Origin: Raillietiella orientalis
Lineage: Eukaryota
Direction: 5' to 3'
Assembly (NCBI GenBank): GCA_036172245.1
Contig: JAYWIR010000169.1
Location: 1 to 47,437 of the forward strand
Length of the DNA stretch: 47,437 nt
Made by a program: the position numbers and the translations under genes
The notes under the pieces: generated by a model
Databases searched by the model: none
What the model was told of the DNA's origin: nothing
The model's input: the letters and a program-made list of their open reading frames with translations, nothing else
In this document: in pieces, positions 12,877-25,554 of the stretch
Position numbering within the stretch: the stretch's first letter is position 1
Layout of the letters: every line of letters begins with the position of its first letter

Positions 12877-13657
12877 CGCTGCCCGCGTCGGAGGCCTAGT
12901 GGTTAAGGCTTCCGCGCGTGGCACCATGCGTCGCGGGTTCGAATACACCAGCAGAAACTGACGCCACTGAGTCGTTGGGTTCCGAGTTTCTCCTGCAACG
13001 GAGAGCGGACCCCCGTCACCGGGGGACAGCCTCCGGTTTCAAGATGGAGCAGGAGTTCTCACGGGCACCTCTCCAGCTGTTCAAAGGAGCGGACCCCCTG
13101 TTGAGGGGTCCCTCCGAGTCGTTGCCTCTTCATAGAGTGTGTACAAGGAAGCAAGCGAGAGCGATTCCCTGCGCCCCTTCTGATTCTCGGAAGCGTCCCT
13201 TCGGGGTTCTCTTCAGAGGAGTGATCAGGAGCGGTTCCCTTGCGGGTTTCCTCAGGAGAAGAAATTCCTGCTAGCGGATCCTTTCCGGGTTCCCTTGGGA
13301 GAAGTTGAAATGGAGAGGACCACTCCCCATTATGGGGGGTGTCCCTCAGGAGAGAATGAGGAAGGAGATTCCCTTCGGAGACAACCAAGGTGGGAGGTGC
13401 GATCCCCCCTGTCCGGGGGGATCCCTCCCCAAGTGTGAGAAGAACGGACTCCGAGCCCTTCCTGGATTCATAGGACGGATTCCCATTCCAAGGTGTCCCC
13501 TATCCTGAAGAATTACACTCCTTCCTGCGGGTTGCTGCGGGCGGAGGGGCGTGGAAACAAAACAGTGTGTTTGATGTTTAAAAAGAGCCAAGTGCGCCTC
13601 AAGGCACGCGACCAGCTCTGAGGTACTTAGCGAACCAAAAAAGAAAAAAAAAAAAAA
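12877..13657 (+). mobile_element. tRNA-derived SINE (~780 bp)
   Basis: tRNA-like head with box A (AGGCCTAGTGG, 12892-12902) and box B (GGTTCGAATAC, 12936-12946). GC-rich hairpin body and poly(A) tail. Second tail copy at 9314-9390. Possible short TSD AAGGT (12872-12876 / 13656-13660). Confidence 0.82.
12892..12946 (+). promoter_or_regulatory. RNA polymerase III type-2 internal promoter (box A/box B) of the SINE
   Basis: Matches to TRGCNNAGTGG and GGTTCGANNC consensus at tRNA-like spacing. Confidence 0.75.
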
Positions 13658-15180
13658 GGTAACTGTCGTAACAAAGTTGTCGGATTCATCCGGAAGTCTA
13701 AAGAAACAGACACCCTTCGATCGGTTGGCAAATCCCCCACTCTGATTGGGAAGGCTAGGGAATCCTCATGGTTTTCATGTGTCACAAGGTCCAATCAGTT
13801 TTACTCTGTGTGTCGAACCCCTGTGACTTGGAGAAGGAGAACTTAAAAGAATTAGCAAAAGAATTCTGCAGACGGACTGAAATCAAGAAGAACGTCATTT
13901 GTTACATGATAATCATTTTAGGGAGAAATCAATTGCTAGTCGCCTGATTCTCCTCTTGTTGCGAGGTTCACAGATGATTGAAAGACATTTTCGAGAGAGT
14001 AGATTTTGGTGGGAATGCTTATACAATGGTGGCAAAACAGGAATACTCTATAAAAATGCAAGATGCTTCGTCTTTCTTGTACAGTTGTAGGATGCCATGA
14101 GGGAAGAAAGCAATAGAGAAAAGCTTACAATTATTTGTAGAAAAGGGCAAAAACTGAAGTCCAATACCGTGCTCTGGAAGTTTATATGTCATCATTCATT
14201 GAGTCCGGCAAGGAGAGCTTTCATTTCAAAATGAGTCGACTCTGCCCGCTTCGTATAATCCACAAACCAGTCCCGAATTGGGTCAAGAATATTTGTAATT
14301 TTCATGCGGAATTTGAACGAATGATGTTTCTATAGCATCGTCTTCATGTTTGGCTCACGCAGCTCCTGTTAACAGGATTTGCAGTGCTTTTCGATGTTAT
14401 ATCACGTCCGTTCTTGTCTTCCACTTCGAACGATGAGTGAAAACCCTCACAGGTGATGCATGAAGATGATTTTTTGGAAATTTGTTTCATGTATACATTT
14501 CAAACAGAACAGATAAGAATGTTCCAATGAATATCTATCATTAAACCTATTGAGCAAACTTCTGTGCTTACTGGCTTCGTGAAGTTGCTTAGAAGTCTTG
14601 TTTTTGAATCTCTTTGAACAACTTTTGGGCCATTTGGTTTATAAATGTGATATGGAGTAAATGTGATATGCTTGCAAGAAAATGTGGCGTGTTTTTGTAA
14701 AATACGAAGGTGCTTAGCTCTCCTTTTAGTGGAAGCGTTGTAAGAAATGCTTTGCATTCCTACCTTCTGATTTATCACTGTAAGTTAAGAACCCTTAAAA
14801 TGGGCCTCGAATTTAGCAAACTCCAATAAAAAATAATTAGTAATAATAGCTTGTGAAGTGTGGGATAATGTGCAAGGAAACGAGACTCCTTCCTCTTTTC
14901 TGGCGGCTGCAGAGCTCACGAAGATGCTCGTTTGTGTTCTGCTTACTCCAATTTAAATTCCATGAAGTGTTTGTAAAATTCACCTCTGCGAGGTGTATCC
15001 ACTGATAGTGGGAGGGAGCAATATTCAAATGATGAGGCGAGCGCTGCACTGTGTATCCCCGTCGTAGGCCTGGCGTGTAATGCATTGGGTAGCACGGATT
15101 CGAAACCATGAATTTATAAAGGTTGTCTGATGAAATATGTGTGAAAAGGATCATGCGAGGTGAAGTTTAGGAAACACGTT

Positions 15181-18100
15181 ATGAGTTTTGAATGTGAACC
15201 AAATGTAAATGGATTTTCAGAGTACAAAGAATTATGTGAAGAAATCAGCAATTTAAGTTTCGAGAATGTGAGTATTTGAAATAACATGACCGATCTTCTT
15301 AATGGACGTTTGAGTGCTCAGTACATGAACACAATTTTGTATTTAACATGGCTTAGTAATCATTATTCCGCGGTTAGACTGTAATAAGATCTGTTGTAAT
15401 CAAGATTTTACCATAGAACTTCTTGAAACCATCAAATTTATCAGACTCCATCGCAAGACAAAACGTGTTTGCAAATATTAACAGTGGAGCCTTAAACCAT
15501 AACGTAAGCCTTAAATGTATTTCTTAGTAAATTACAAGTAAGCTTTTTAAAAGAAGGCAGTTGGATGAGAATCTGGTTACAACTGAGATGTGTTCGTTTA
15601 CCCCGTCCCCACATATATGTCAAGTTTCATGGGAATTGACATTTTATGAGCTAATGACTTAGTTTTGTTTTCTTTCCGTTGCACAAGTTCCGTTTCTTAG
15701 GTTTGTATGTTTGTATGCTCGTTTTTGAATGCAATGAATGTTGCAATTATGTGTTATCATTATGTTATTCCGAAAACAAGTTATAACATATGTTCTTGTT
15801 TTCTGCATGCAGGTTTTGCACCTGCTTGCCCCAGTTTCCACTCTTAACAGCGTTTTTGTTGCAGGTCTCGGTCATGCATTTCATTTATTTTGGCTTTTCA
15901 TTCATTTTAGCTTGATAATAAAGAATTCGATATCCCATCGGACCATGAAACTTTTGAATATCTTTTAAATGACCTTACTGACGATGTAACCAAGGATGAA
16001 GATGGTAGTTTGCTTGAAAGTTCTGAAAGTTTAAATAGCTTTGGACATGAAAATCCATGTGTAAGAGCCGAGTTTTTTGTATTGATTAATTTTGTTAAAA
16101 GGTTTCTTATTTTTGTTTTTGATTCTTTTTATTTTAACTTTTTTTTTGTAGATCACACATTTTAAGTGTCATGAAACTGATACTGAATCAATTCATTCAA
16201 AAGAAAGTAGCAAATCAAGTCGCCTGAGGCTGGATAAGCATGGCTCCTCCTTAACAAATGATTTTATTAAAACTCATTCAATTATGAAACATGTCCTTCT
16301 GAAACAAGTATCAGTGCAGCTTTGCTCAGCTTTGGTAAGCAATGCCAAGAAACAGTCTCCCATAGAAATTTCAGGAAAGATGCTAATGTCTATATTATAG
16401 AAATACATTAGCTTTTAGGTTTTATTCATTTCTTTATTTTCTTTTTAGGATCGAGTGGGTGTTGGTTCTCCTACTGTACTAGCAATAGGTACTTTCATCG
16501 CACTAGGGACATCACATGATTTTGTATTGCTGTTTGATGTGTCACAAATTTTAAGATGGTGTTTTGAGCCAAGAAAAGATGCTAGTACACAAAATGGTGG
16601 TGTATCTAGCATGGCCTTTTGTGATGATTCCAGCAAACTGCTCGTTGGTTATGCAAAAGGCAAAATTTCTCTGTTTGATGTCTATAATGGCAGACTCCTT
16701 TATTCTGTCACTGATGTTCATTCAGTAAGCTCTGCTGTGTTACACATTAAGGTGAGCCTGAAAAAAAGTTGAACAGAAGCTTGTTTGTATTGTCCTGCAC
16801 AGCCAGTAAACAATTGTTGCCTAAAAATTTAAAGAATGTCTATGAAAGTGATCAGATGTTTTCATGTTTACATTTATCTGGTTCCAAATATCTGAATGTT
16901 TTTCGTTTAATAAGAAATGGAAAACATCAAGGCATGTTCAGTAATTTAAGTCATGAAATATTGAATAATGAAAATTTGGGACTAAAATTTGCATCAAAAT
17001 TGACAAGAAATGCAGAGCAAAATCTGGGTATTTCTGAATGCTTTATGCTTAAAACAGAAAAGGAACAATTTTCATTCCTGTTATTACAACATGACATGGA
17101 GTGAATCATAAGCCAAGATCGAACCACAACCTGTCTCAAAGTGCTAGATTGTCTCAAAGATAAGGCATCTGATAAGGAAAATTTGGCAACTTTACACAAG
17201 TTTTCTCCTAAGTAAAAAATTTGGGTTCTAATATTTATCTAATACTTTTACAAGATTATCAAGTTGTATTATATAAATGTACGACATCCATTATTTATTG
17301 ATTGATTGTTTTGACTCTATATCTGAAAGAATGTGATCATCATTGCTTTGTTGTTTCCTTGCATGTGCAAGCTGTCTACCATGGGTTGCCTTTAATCTGA
17401 ACTCCAATAGGTGTTTGTCTGCAATGCAAAGCATGATTATTTTTAGGAAATCATTTCTATTTAACATGTGATTGGATGTGAGAAGTAGTTTTGCTTTCCA
17501 CATTTAAAAGGAGCTTCTGTTTATAGTTTCATAATTGCTCAGTGCATAAACATTATCTTTGAATTGTAATTTGTAAGTTGAATGTCAGCATAATTTTGCT
17601 CAAATTTTGTTTTAATTTTGTTTGTTCTCAAGAATTTGTGACTATAGCCAAGTACAATTTTCATCACCTTTTCTCAGTAGTCTAGCACTCCAAACTACAA
17701 TGTTTCAAGTCTAGAAACATTTGCATTGAATTCAAAGAAAAGTCTGTAGTTGAAACAAGCAAGTGACCAAATATACCCCCGGAAGCACATGAGTTCACTT
17801 TGTGATATGTGGATATGGTTAAAATATGATTGGCAGATGATACATGGCACATAATTGATATTTTTTCGCAGTTATGTATGTTTTTTAAAGCGTTGCAGAC
17901 CATTTTGTAATTTAAAACTAAACCTTTCCTCCATTTTGTTCAGCCATATAGTTCTACTTTGACCTGTTTGGAACATCGTGCAATTAAATTTCATCATTTG
18001 GTTTTATTTTGTTTCTTTTGATATGTCTGTGATACACAGATAAGCACTCAGAGACGCTGTAAACATGAATACGTTTTTTTGTTTACCTCAAATGTGGCTG

Positions 18101-21100
18101 ACAATATGCTCGTGTGAAAATTAGCAAATGATTTATATTCCACATATTGCTTGAGTTTAATGAATCCGACTCCAACAGAATCACTTGTGGTGTCTTTTCT
18201 GCATCCCGAAAACATAAAATTGTGTTTTGTTAGTGATATTAGCTAAAGGTTTTTGGAATCACTACTTCTAGGATAACAGTTTGCATATTTGAATGTATTT
18301 TTTGAATGTATATCAGGAATACTATGAATCTAGTCATATGTAAATCATAAAATTTGGTGGTTAATTCTATGGCTATTTTCATTATTAAATGATTTGCGAT
18401 ATATGTTTATTCTCATATTGTTGCATTCTCATATCAGGTGCTTTAGTGGCTGTCGAACACTTTAACAGGCTAAGTTTTGCAGAATGTGGCATGGCGCTGT
18501 ACTTGTACAGTATCTTAAATGAATTCAAAAATGTTCAGCTATAGAATGTATTTAGTTCATTTTAGTAGTGTAATGAAAAAAAAAAAAAAAAAAAAGGAAA
18601 CATGCATTTCCTGGATAAACTGAATAAATGCAGATTTTTCCCAATCACAGTAAACATACTTTAGAGAAACTCATATCCTAAGAAAACCTTAGGGACATGC
18701 ATTTAAGCTGACTTTAAATTCTTAAGCCTTATGTTATGCCAAAATATCAAAATAAAGATGTTCGTTCAGTCCATTCAAATATATCAATTGTGAGAAGAGA
18801 TATTGACAAAGAATCAAAATTTCAGTCAGAAAAGCAAAATGTTTGTTTATATTGTGCAGAACAAAATGTCAGTTTTATATTGTGGATTCCCCATCATTTT
18901 CTTTACAATATCCAAATTCATCAGGATAGTTATCTGTTACCAATTTGTGATGGCTACTTTGTTGAAGAGTGATTATGAAACATATGTGGTTGATTCATAA
19001 TGTTGGAAATGGATTAGATGGAGAATAGCAAGTAGATTAGTTTTGAAAAAATACTCAAAATGATGGATTATTATGATTATTTAAAAATGTTCATGTAATT
19101 AAAGGGTACTTACAACTGCATAACTGATGTTAATATTACATTATAGGTTTCTATGTAAAATTTCAGCAAAAATAATTTTTTTCAGTTATAGGATGTTCAG
19201 CAAATTTTTCTAATAATAACAATTTTAGTTTGGAATAAAGAGATTTGAAAATGCATATGTTATTTTAGATAAATTGTTTATCAAAAATTCGAATAGTCCA
19301 ATGAAAGTGTATTTCAAGATACAAAGAAGTATTAAATTGGACCGACTGTTTGGCAAAAATTTTGATAATTGTTTTGTAAAAAAAAAATTTTTCCATTTTT
19401 CTTGAAGTGCATTGCAAATTTTTATGAATGAAATGGTTACAGTGCTATTTTTCAGTACAGCAGTGTTCCATCAGTTGCATTCTGTAGTGACTCTGGTGGC
19501 TCCGTCTTTGAACTGAGTTTTACAAAAACTTTAGGCAACGTCAAATGTGAATCACGATGTATATTTTCCGGCAGTCAAGGGGAGGTGTGTGCATTAGAGC
19601 CCCTGCTTTACCCCTATTGGAACACTGCTTCTAGTAATATGAATATTGTGGGTTTGGCTACACTAACCAAGGTGTGCATCATGACCTTTCACGGTTTTTT
19701 GTTTTCTAAATAGAGAATTGTATTATGTAAAGTAGAATTTACTGATATCTATACGATGAAAGTTTTTTTGTTTTGTTTTGTTTTCCATCCAGATTTTAAA
19801 AAAATTATTTTTGCATGTTTGTTTTTTTTGGTAGGTCATTGTCATTTGTACCTGGCCAGTTCTCCAGGTCTTCTTTACCCATTCCCTAGAGAAGGACGTG
19901 AGTTTTCCACCTTTGCTTGCTTGGCAACATTTTCCTGCTCTAAATCAGCAGAAGAAAAAAGTCTTGGACCCACTGCTGTTGTTTGCAAAAAAGAACTGTG
20001 TTTTTTGTTATCAGGTTCCTATACAAAATGAAAAGAGCAGACATGTATTTTTTGGTAGATGACTCTGTTCTCTGAAGTGAAACCACGTTTCTTTCCTTTA
20101 TACACCATCCAGTTATCTTACAAATTAGTTAATTTGTCTTGGCTTACTGCAAATACTTTGGCATTGCTGGATGAACAAGAACAAATGCACATCATGGATT
20201 TGAAAAGTCAAAATGAATTGGAATCTTGGGATCTCTCTGGCATACAGCTAGTGTACAGCAGTAGTCATTACAAGGGTTTAGCTACTGGAGGCAATGTCAG
20301 TCCAGCTATGGTTGGTATTTATTTTGTGAAATGCATCAACTCTTACATACTTTTAGGCTTTAGTGGGAGAGCGAGCGTGCTACTCGGCAGTGATTAGTCA
20401 GAGCAGTCAAATCTTATTGTTAGGTGTCAAATCAGTGCACATAATGTGCATGCGTACTTGGAATGAGCGTTTAGATTTTCTAATGGGCAAGGAGTGTTTC
20501 AGAGAAGCTTTGAGTGTTTGTAAGCATATGTATGATGGAGACATGCAAGGAATCTTGGGCTTGCCAGAGCGTGTTAGTGCAAAGAAAAAATTAATATCAC
20601 AGAAAGTATAGAGAATCATCATATGGTGGTCACCCCACTGTATCTTTTGGACTAGATGTTGGCTATGCTGAATGTGTACTTGCAGCATTTTCTTTCCCAT
20701 GTTCCTCAATCCAATGATGTCCACTTGATTCGCTCTTATTTCCAGTCCCATATTAAGTTGTGCTTGGAATTATACCTTCTTTTAGGGGAAGAGTAAGTTG
20801 ATATATCTAGATCAAAGTGAACAACAACAACAAAAAAATTGTAGCGATCTGGCTTTAAGCAAAGTTTGGGAAATGTGTTGGGATCCTCTTGCACAGGAGG
20901 CGTTTTTGGAATGTCTGGAACCCCACTTATGTAATGGTCGATTGAAAACTCTTCCTCCATCTTTAACTCAAAGCTTGATTAATCACCTTGAGGAGCATGG
21001 TCTTTATGAGGTAACAAAATCGTCACCAGCAACTGCGTTAATTATTCTGGTAGTCACTTGAAGCCTGCCTTCTTCATATTGATTGCAGTTCTGTGGATGT

Positions 21101-24100
21101 CCATCAATCATTGTCAGCTTGCTGGGCGCATGGATTGTATGATGCTGTCTTATCCATTTCCAATAGAGCTCTGCAAGATTTTGTTTGTTGCTTTGAAGAT
21201 TTGACAATAGAATTGCGTAGTGCACTGCAACCAGGAGCCATTATGAGTGAACAGCTGATTGCACTTGGCAATAAACTCCTGGTGTATATATCCTGCTGCT
21301 TAACAGGCAGAGCCTATCCATGGGGTGAGCTCTCAGAGGAATTGAGATCCCAGGCTCAGTTTGATATGGTACGCTGTTTGACCCAAATCCATACTCGAGA
21401 TGCAGCAGATTCAGAATTACCATATCCCTATTTTAGGTAAAGTATCGTATATTGCAATATAAATCATTTCTTTGAAGACTGTTCTTATCATTTAATGCAC
21501 GTGAATTTCTTAATGTTTTGTCACTGGCTTTCAATGATTCTCAGGGAAAGAGCGAATTGAGCCATTTGCAGAAGCAACGTTTTCTTGACATACTTCTGGA
21601 CATAAGTCAGTCATATGATGTGAGGCAGGTTGGTCACAAAAAAGCTACAAGATTTCATCGAGCTTTCATAGAAAGAAGAATTGGAGACACTTTTCCTCTT
21701 TGTGGCCAGACAAGTGGTCCATTCTCCCCCCAAAATGATTGTGGTTGGAGAACAGGTCTTTGACCAGGTACTGCATTATTTGCTGAAATCTGCACAGTAT
21801 CAACCAGAAAGCCAGCAAATGCTGCTTGGGTTGTTGCACTCACATGTGCTAAATGATAATCAAGAGGAATTTGTGTTACGTCAAGGGATGGACGTCAAAT
21901 CGTTAGTTTTTTTGTTTTTTTCTGGAATGTATAACAGCTTGTTTGTTTTCTTGATGAACAGCTACGAAGCATGTGAATTCATTTATCGCAAACGAGGACA
22001 GCTAGAACTGTTATTGAAGTATTTGCTTCAAGAACCTCAGCAGCCTGATAAAATAATTAATTTTATGCAAGAAATCATAGATAGCAATTCATTGCCTCGA
22101 GAACTTTTATCTGAAGTTCTAGCTAGTGTTCCTAGTCTCATTTCAATTGATGCTCAAAAGACAGCTGATATCTTGCTCAAACATGCACAAAGATGTTTTG
22201 AAGAAATTTTGCGAAATTTGGAAACCATGCCAGGATTACAATATGACCTGGTGAATGTTTTGTTGCCAAAGTAAGGTGATGAGTGTTGATCAACTTCTAA
22301 GCAGTTTTAGGTTAAAAGATTTTGTTCCTGAATGCTATTCTCGCTTCCAGGATAGATATGTTCAGCTTTTATGTCAATTTAATCCGGAATCCGTTACATC
22401 TTATTTGACTGCCATAGATGATCCAGATGTGCATAAATTGCTTCAAGTAAAAATTATCTCTATATTCTATTTTTTAGAGAAGCTTTTAGATATGTGAACG
22501 TGCTCAAGTATTGGAAGCAGTAGCTTATTTGTTAGAACAGCAAGGAGATGTGCAAGGTGCTCTCATGCAGCTTCTGCAAAACTTAACTCTTGTTATGAAG
22601 CAAGTGAGTTGTCTACTGGAAAAGTGAAACAGTGTCCTTAACACGTTGATGCCCCCAATAGCGGATTGCTTTTACACCCTCAATTAGAATGTTTGCAATT
22701 CATTCTGATAACATTCTGCCTTACTTTCGATTCTACTTTCTTAAAGTAACGTAGGGTGGAATTTACCATCACAGCATTCGCAGATTAGGAGGCATTCATT
22801 CAAACTGTATTTTTTCCCAGATGGTTCCTGTTGAGTTATGCTTAGAATTACAATGCACATTGCAAGTTTTCCAGATATAGCAGGATTGCTGAATTTTATC
22901 CTTGTGTGCGACCTATTAGAGTTTTTCGTTGATATTCCACTTAATGTGGCATAATTCAGAATGTAAAGTTGAATGCAAAAACTCTATGCAGTTTCTGTTG
23001 ATAAACATTTTCAGAAAAATGTTCGCAATAGCATACCAAATTGCGTCTTCAAATTTCTGGCTCCAAAAGCGGGCGTCCTTAGCATTGTGTCATTTTCTTA
23101 GTTATAAGAGTTTTGTACAGTGTTGTTTTGCGTTGTGTATCATGGCTAGACGTTATGTTCTGTTTTCCTTAACAAATCATTTCAAAGAAAGTTCTTCGAT
23201 TAACAAATCATTTGAAAGAGTCTTCATTGATTCTCCAACTGTACTTGTTTTCATTTTTCACATACTTGCCAATATTGCCTCATGGTAGCCAAGAAAATGT
23301 GCATTGGCCTTACTTGGTCAAGTTCAGGTTTTCATGCAAGAGTTTGTCTTCAACTGTTTGTTTGTTTGTTTGTTTGTTTGTTTGTTTGTTTGTTTGTTTG
23401 TTTTTCAATTATTCGATTCACTCCTTGAAAAATGCAATTGATCATCTTTTGCTATTGTTTAGTATTTGGAAAATTCTGTGGAGTTCAGTAAGCTGGAAGC
23501 TGCCTTTTCCTTGGTTGTGCAATTCTGTCAACGGCACTCAGATGCAAGCCATTGGTTTGCCCTTTTAGATGTCGTGTTGGAGCCCCAGAATCTTCAGTGG
23601 AATTCAGAACAGCAGCAAGGCAAGTTAGTTTCGAAAAGGATTTTTATGTGGAGTTTATTTGACAGCTCTGCATGTCATTACTTGGCAAATGATGAGAGAA
23701 GCAGTGAGCTACATACCTCTCCCGTCTGTACTGAACAGAATCATAAAAGAGTCAAGCTATGGCAAAGGGCAGATGAAGGACATTCGTGACTTTTTGAATG
23801 GTGAGTAATGAATCATTTGATTTATTTTTCTATTCCCTGGCTCAGGCTTATTGGAGCAAGGCAACTACGAAGCTACTCTGTACAAGCACTTTGCTGCGAT
23901 TCTGCATCATGACCAGTTCACATACCTGATGCAGAGCCACAGGCTGGCAGTGCGTGGCTTCAAGAACTTGTCGTTGTTTTGCGATTTGTGCCACTTGAGC
24001 ATTTTCGGCGGAAGAAACGTCAAAATTTGCAAGTGGGTGTCATTGATTTTATCGTACATCTAATGCCATGCAGCTGCTTTCATACCTTTCACTGGGATTG

Positions 24101-24346
24101 TGTGGAACATGCTGAGTGTTGCCCAGTGTGTAACGCGGGTAAAATGCAGGAGACGCCTGCGTTAGGGAAGCCGTCCGTTCGAAAGCCGGAAGCCGAAATG
24201 CCTCCGGTACGTGTACGTGCCAAAGTGTGTTTGAATTCGTGTTGTGCACGCAGGTGCAGGAAGCGGAAGAAAATCACACTCGGCCAAAGTCGCGAGTTAA
24301 AGAAAGCAGCAGCAGCAGCAGTTCCAGTGCTGCGTCCGCAACCTAG
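15181..24346 (+). CDS. VPS8: Vacuolar protein sorting-associated protein 8 homolog (CORVET subunit), multi-exon
   Basis: GT-AG exons include 15181-15267, 15911-16060 (LDNKEFDIP), 16152-16334, 16449-16751 (PTVLAIG..GTSH..LLVGYAKG), 19456-19671 (DSGGSVFEL..FSGSQGEVCALEPL) and 20059-20310 (LVYSSSHYKGLATGGNVSPAM). Later exons carry LGNKLLVYISCCLTGRAYP and a C-terminal RING-H2 (CDLC..CFHTFHWDC..CPVC). Last exon 24254-24346 ends in TAG. Motifs match animal VPS8 from memory; start, stop and some internal boundaries are predicted by eye. Confidence 0.93.
23355..23404. repeat. (TGTT)n microsatellite in a VPS8 intron
   Basis: About 12 tandem TGTT units. Confidence 0.95.
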
Positions 24347-24789
24347 CAACGCTCAGAAGTGCGTTGTCTTCTGCAGCCACCGAGGAACTCCGAATTCCAT
24401 GACAAATTTGAACTTTTCAAAGTTCACTTCGCACCTGTCTAGTCGCTACCCAGATTTTATCCTGCTCACATGTAAAACATTGCAAATAAGGGATACTCAC
24501 TTTTTTTTTTTTTTTTTTTAATAAAAGGCAGTAGCTCTGACGTTGGCGCTGAACAAAATGGCGGGAATCAGTTCTCCTTCTCCGTGATAGACCAGGCAGT
24601 CAGGTGGCGGCGGATATTTCCGGTAGTAAAGAGCACACTTTTCCATGGAGAACACCCGCCAAGGTCGGCACATGCAGTTGGAGTGTTTCTCCTTTTTTTT
24701 TTTTCTTCCGAAAAAACAAACAACCAAAGGAAAGAGAGGCTCAGAGAAGTCACAATGCTTATTTCTCCCCTTTTTTAAAGAAAAAAAAA

Positions 24790-25025
24790 AAAGGAAGAAG
24801 CGCGCGAAGAGGGCTTTTATGAGCTGTTCCCGGGGTGTTCACGTGGTTTCCCGAGGGCCGTCGCCACGAATCGTTACCGCAACGGTCGTGGCAACGCAAT
24901 CCACCCAGCAGGTCTGAGAGAGACTCCGTTACCCGCGCTTGCTGCAGTTCGGGTCCACTCCCCGCCTCGGGTCCAGTGATGTCGGCGGGCGCTGCACAGG
25001 ACTCCCCAGCGTAGCTCCAATCTCG
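24790..25025 (-). mobile_element. Degenerate L1/Tx1 ORF2 C-terminal zinc-finger fragment
   Basis: LRWGVLCSARRHHWTRGG matches LHWGLPCNARRHHWT in other copies. Confidence 0.75.
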
Positions 25026-25029
25026 CCAC

Positions 25030-25554
25030 TCGAGAGGGAGGGCGCGGTTGTTCAGGAGCGCCGTTGGAGGGGCAGTCGGATTGGATCCGCCTGAGCATTT
25101 CCACGGGCAGGCGCTTCAAGTGGCGTGCCCGTGGGCGGATTCCCCGCGGCAAAGGTGTGGTTCTGGCCGCCTTCCAAGAGAAAAGGAAGCTCTTGACCCG
25201 TTCCTTGAGGCCAGGTAGGACCTCGAGCAACAACACTTTTGTTGCCCACTTCCTTCTGTCCCATCTTTTGGTTTGTTCCGCTCCAGAGGAGGCGAGATAA
25301 GAGGACGGAGGACCCTTTCTGCTGAGGAAGGCTCTTTCGGGCGCCTTAAGGGCTTGAGTGAGCTTGAAGGACACTGCAGCCCTTTGGAGGGATGCCGGTC
25401 GCGGATCAGGAGGATCCGATCTGCAGCTCCACTATTCCCAAAGGTGCGCCTCCCGATGGAGAGGTCATGGAACCAGTAGTGGCTCCGTAGAGGACGTCAG
25501 TGTTCCCGAATGCGATGGTGGAAACTCGCGTAAAGTTAGCAGCGCATGGGCGAT
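25030..25554 (+). mobile_element. Degenerate L1/Tx1 ORF2 fragment (post-YADD RT region)
   Basis: EGQSDWIRLSISTGR, NTFVAHFL..VCSAP and LKDTAALWRDAG match other copies. Confidence 0.75.

Noticed and set aside
12885..12955. Functional tRNA gene
   Set aside because: Acceptor and T stems pair poorly, there is no downstream T-run terminator, and it continues into a poly(A)-tailed repeat, so it is a SINE head.
12995..13560. CRISPR array
   Set aside because: Repeats are degenerate without unique spacers, there are no cas genes, and the context is eukaryotic.
14500..15154. Divergent minus-strand gene upstream of VPS8
   Set aside because: Some donor-like GTAAGC sites and short ORFs, but no recognisable protein or consistent exon chain.
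16752..19455. ORFs within the 2.7-kb VPS8 intron
   Set aside because: Short, AT-rich and without motifs.
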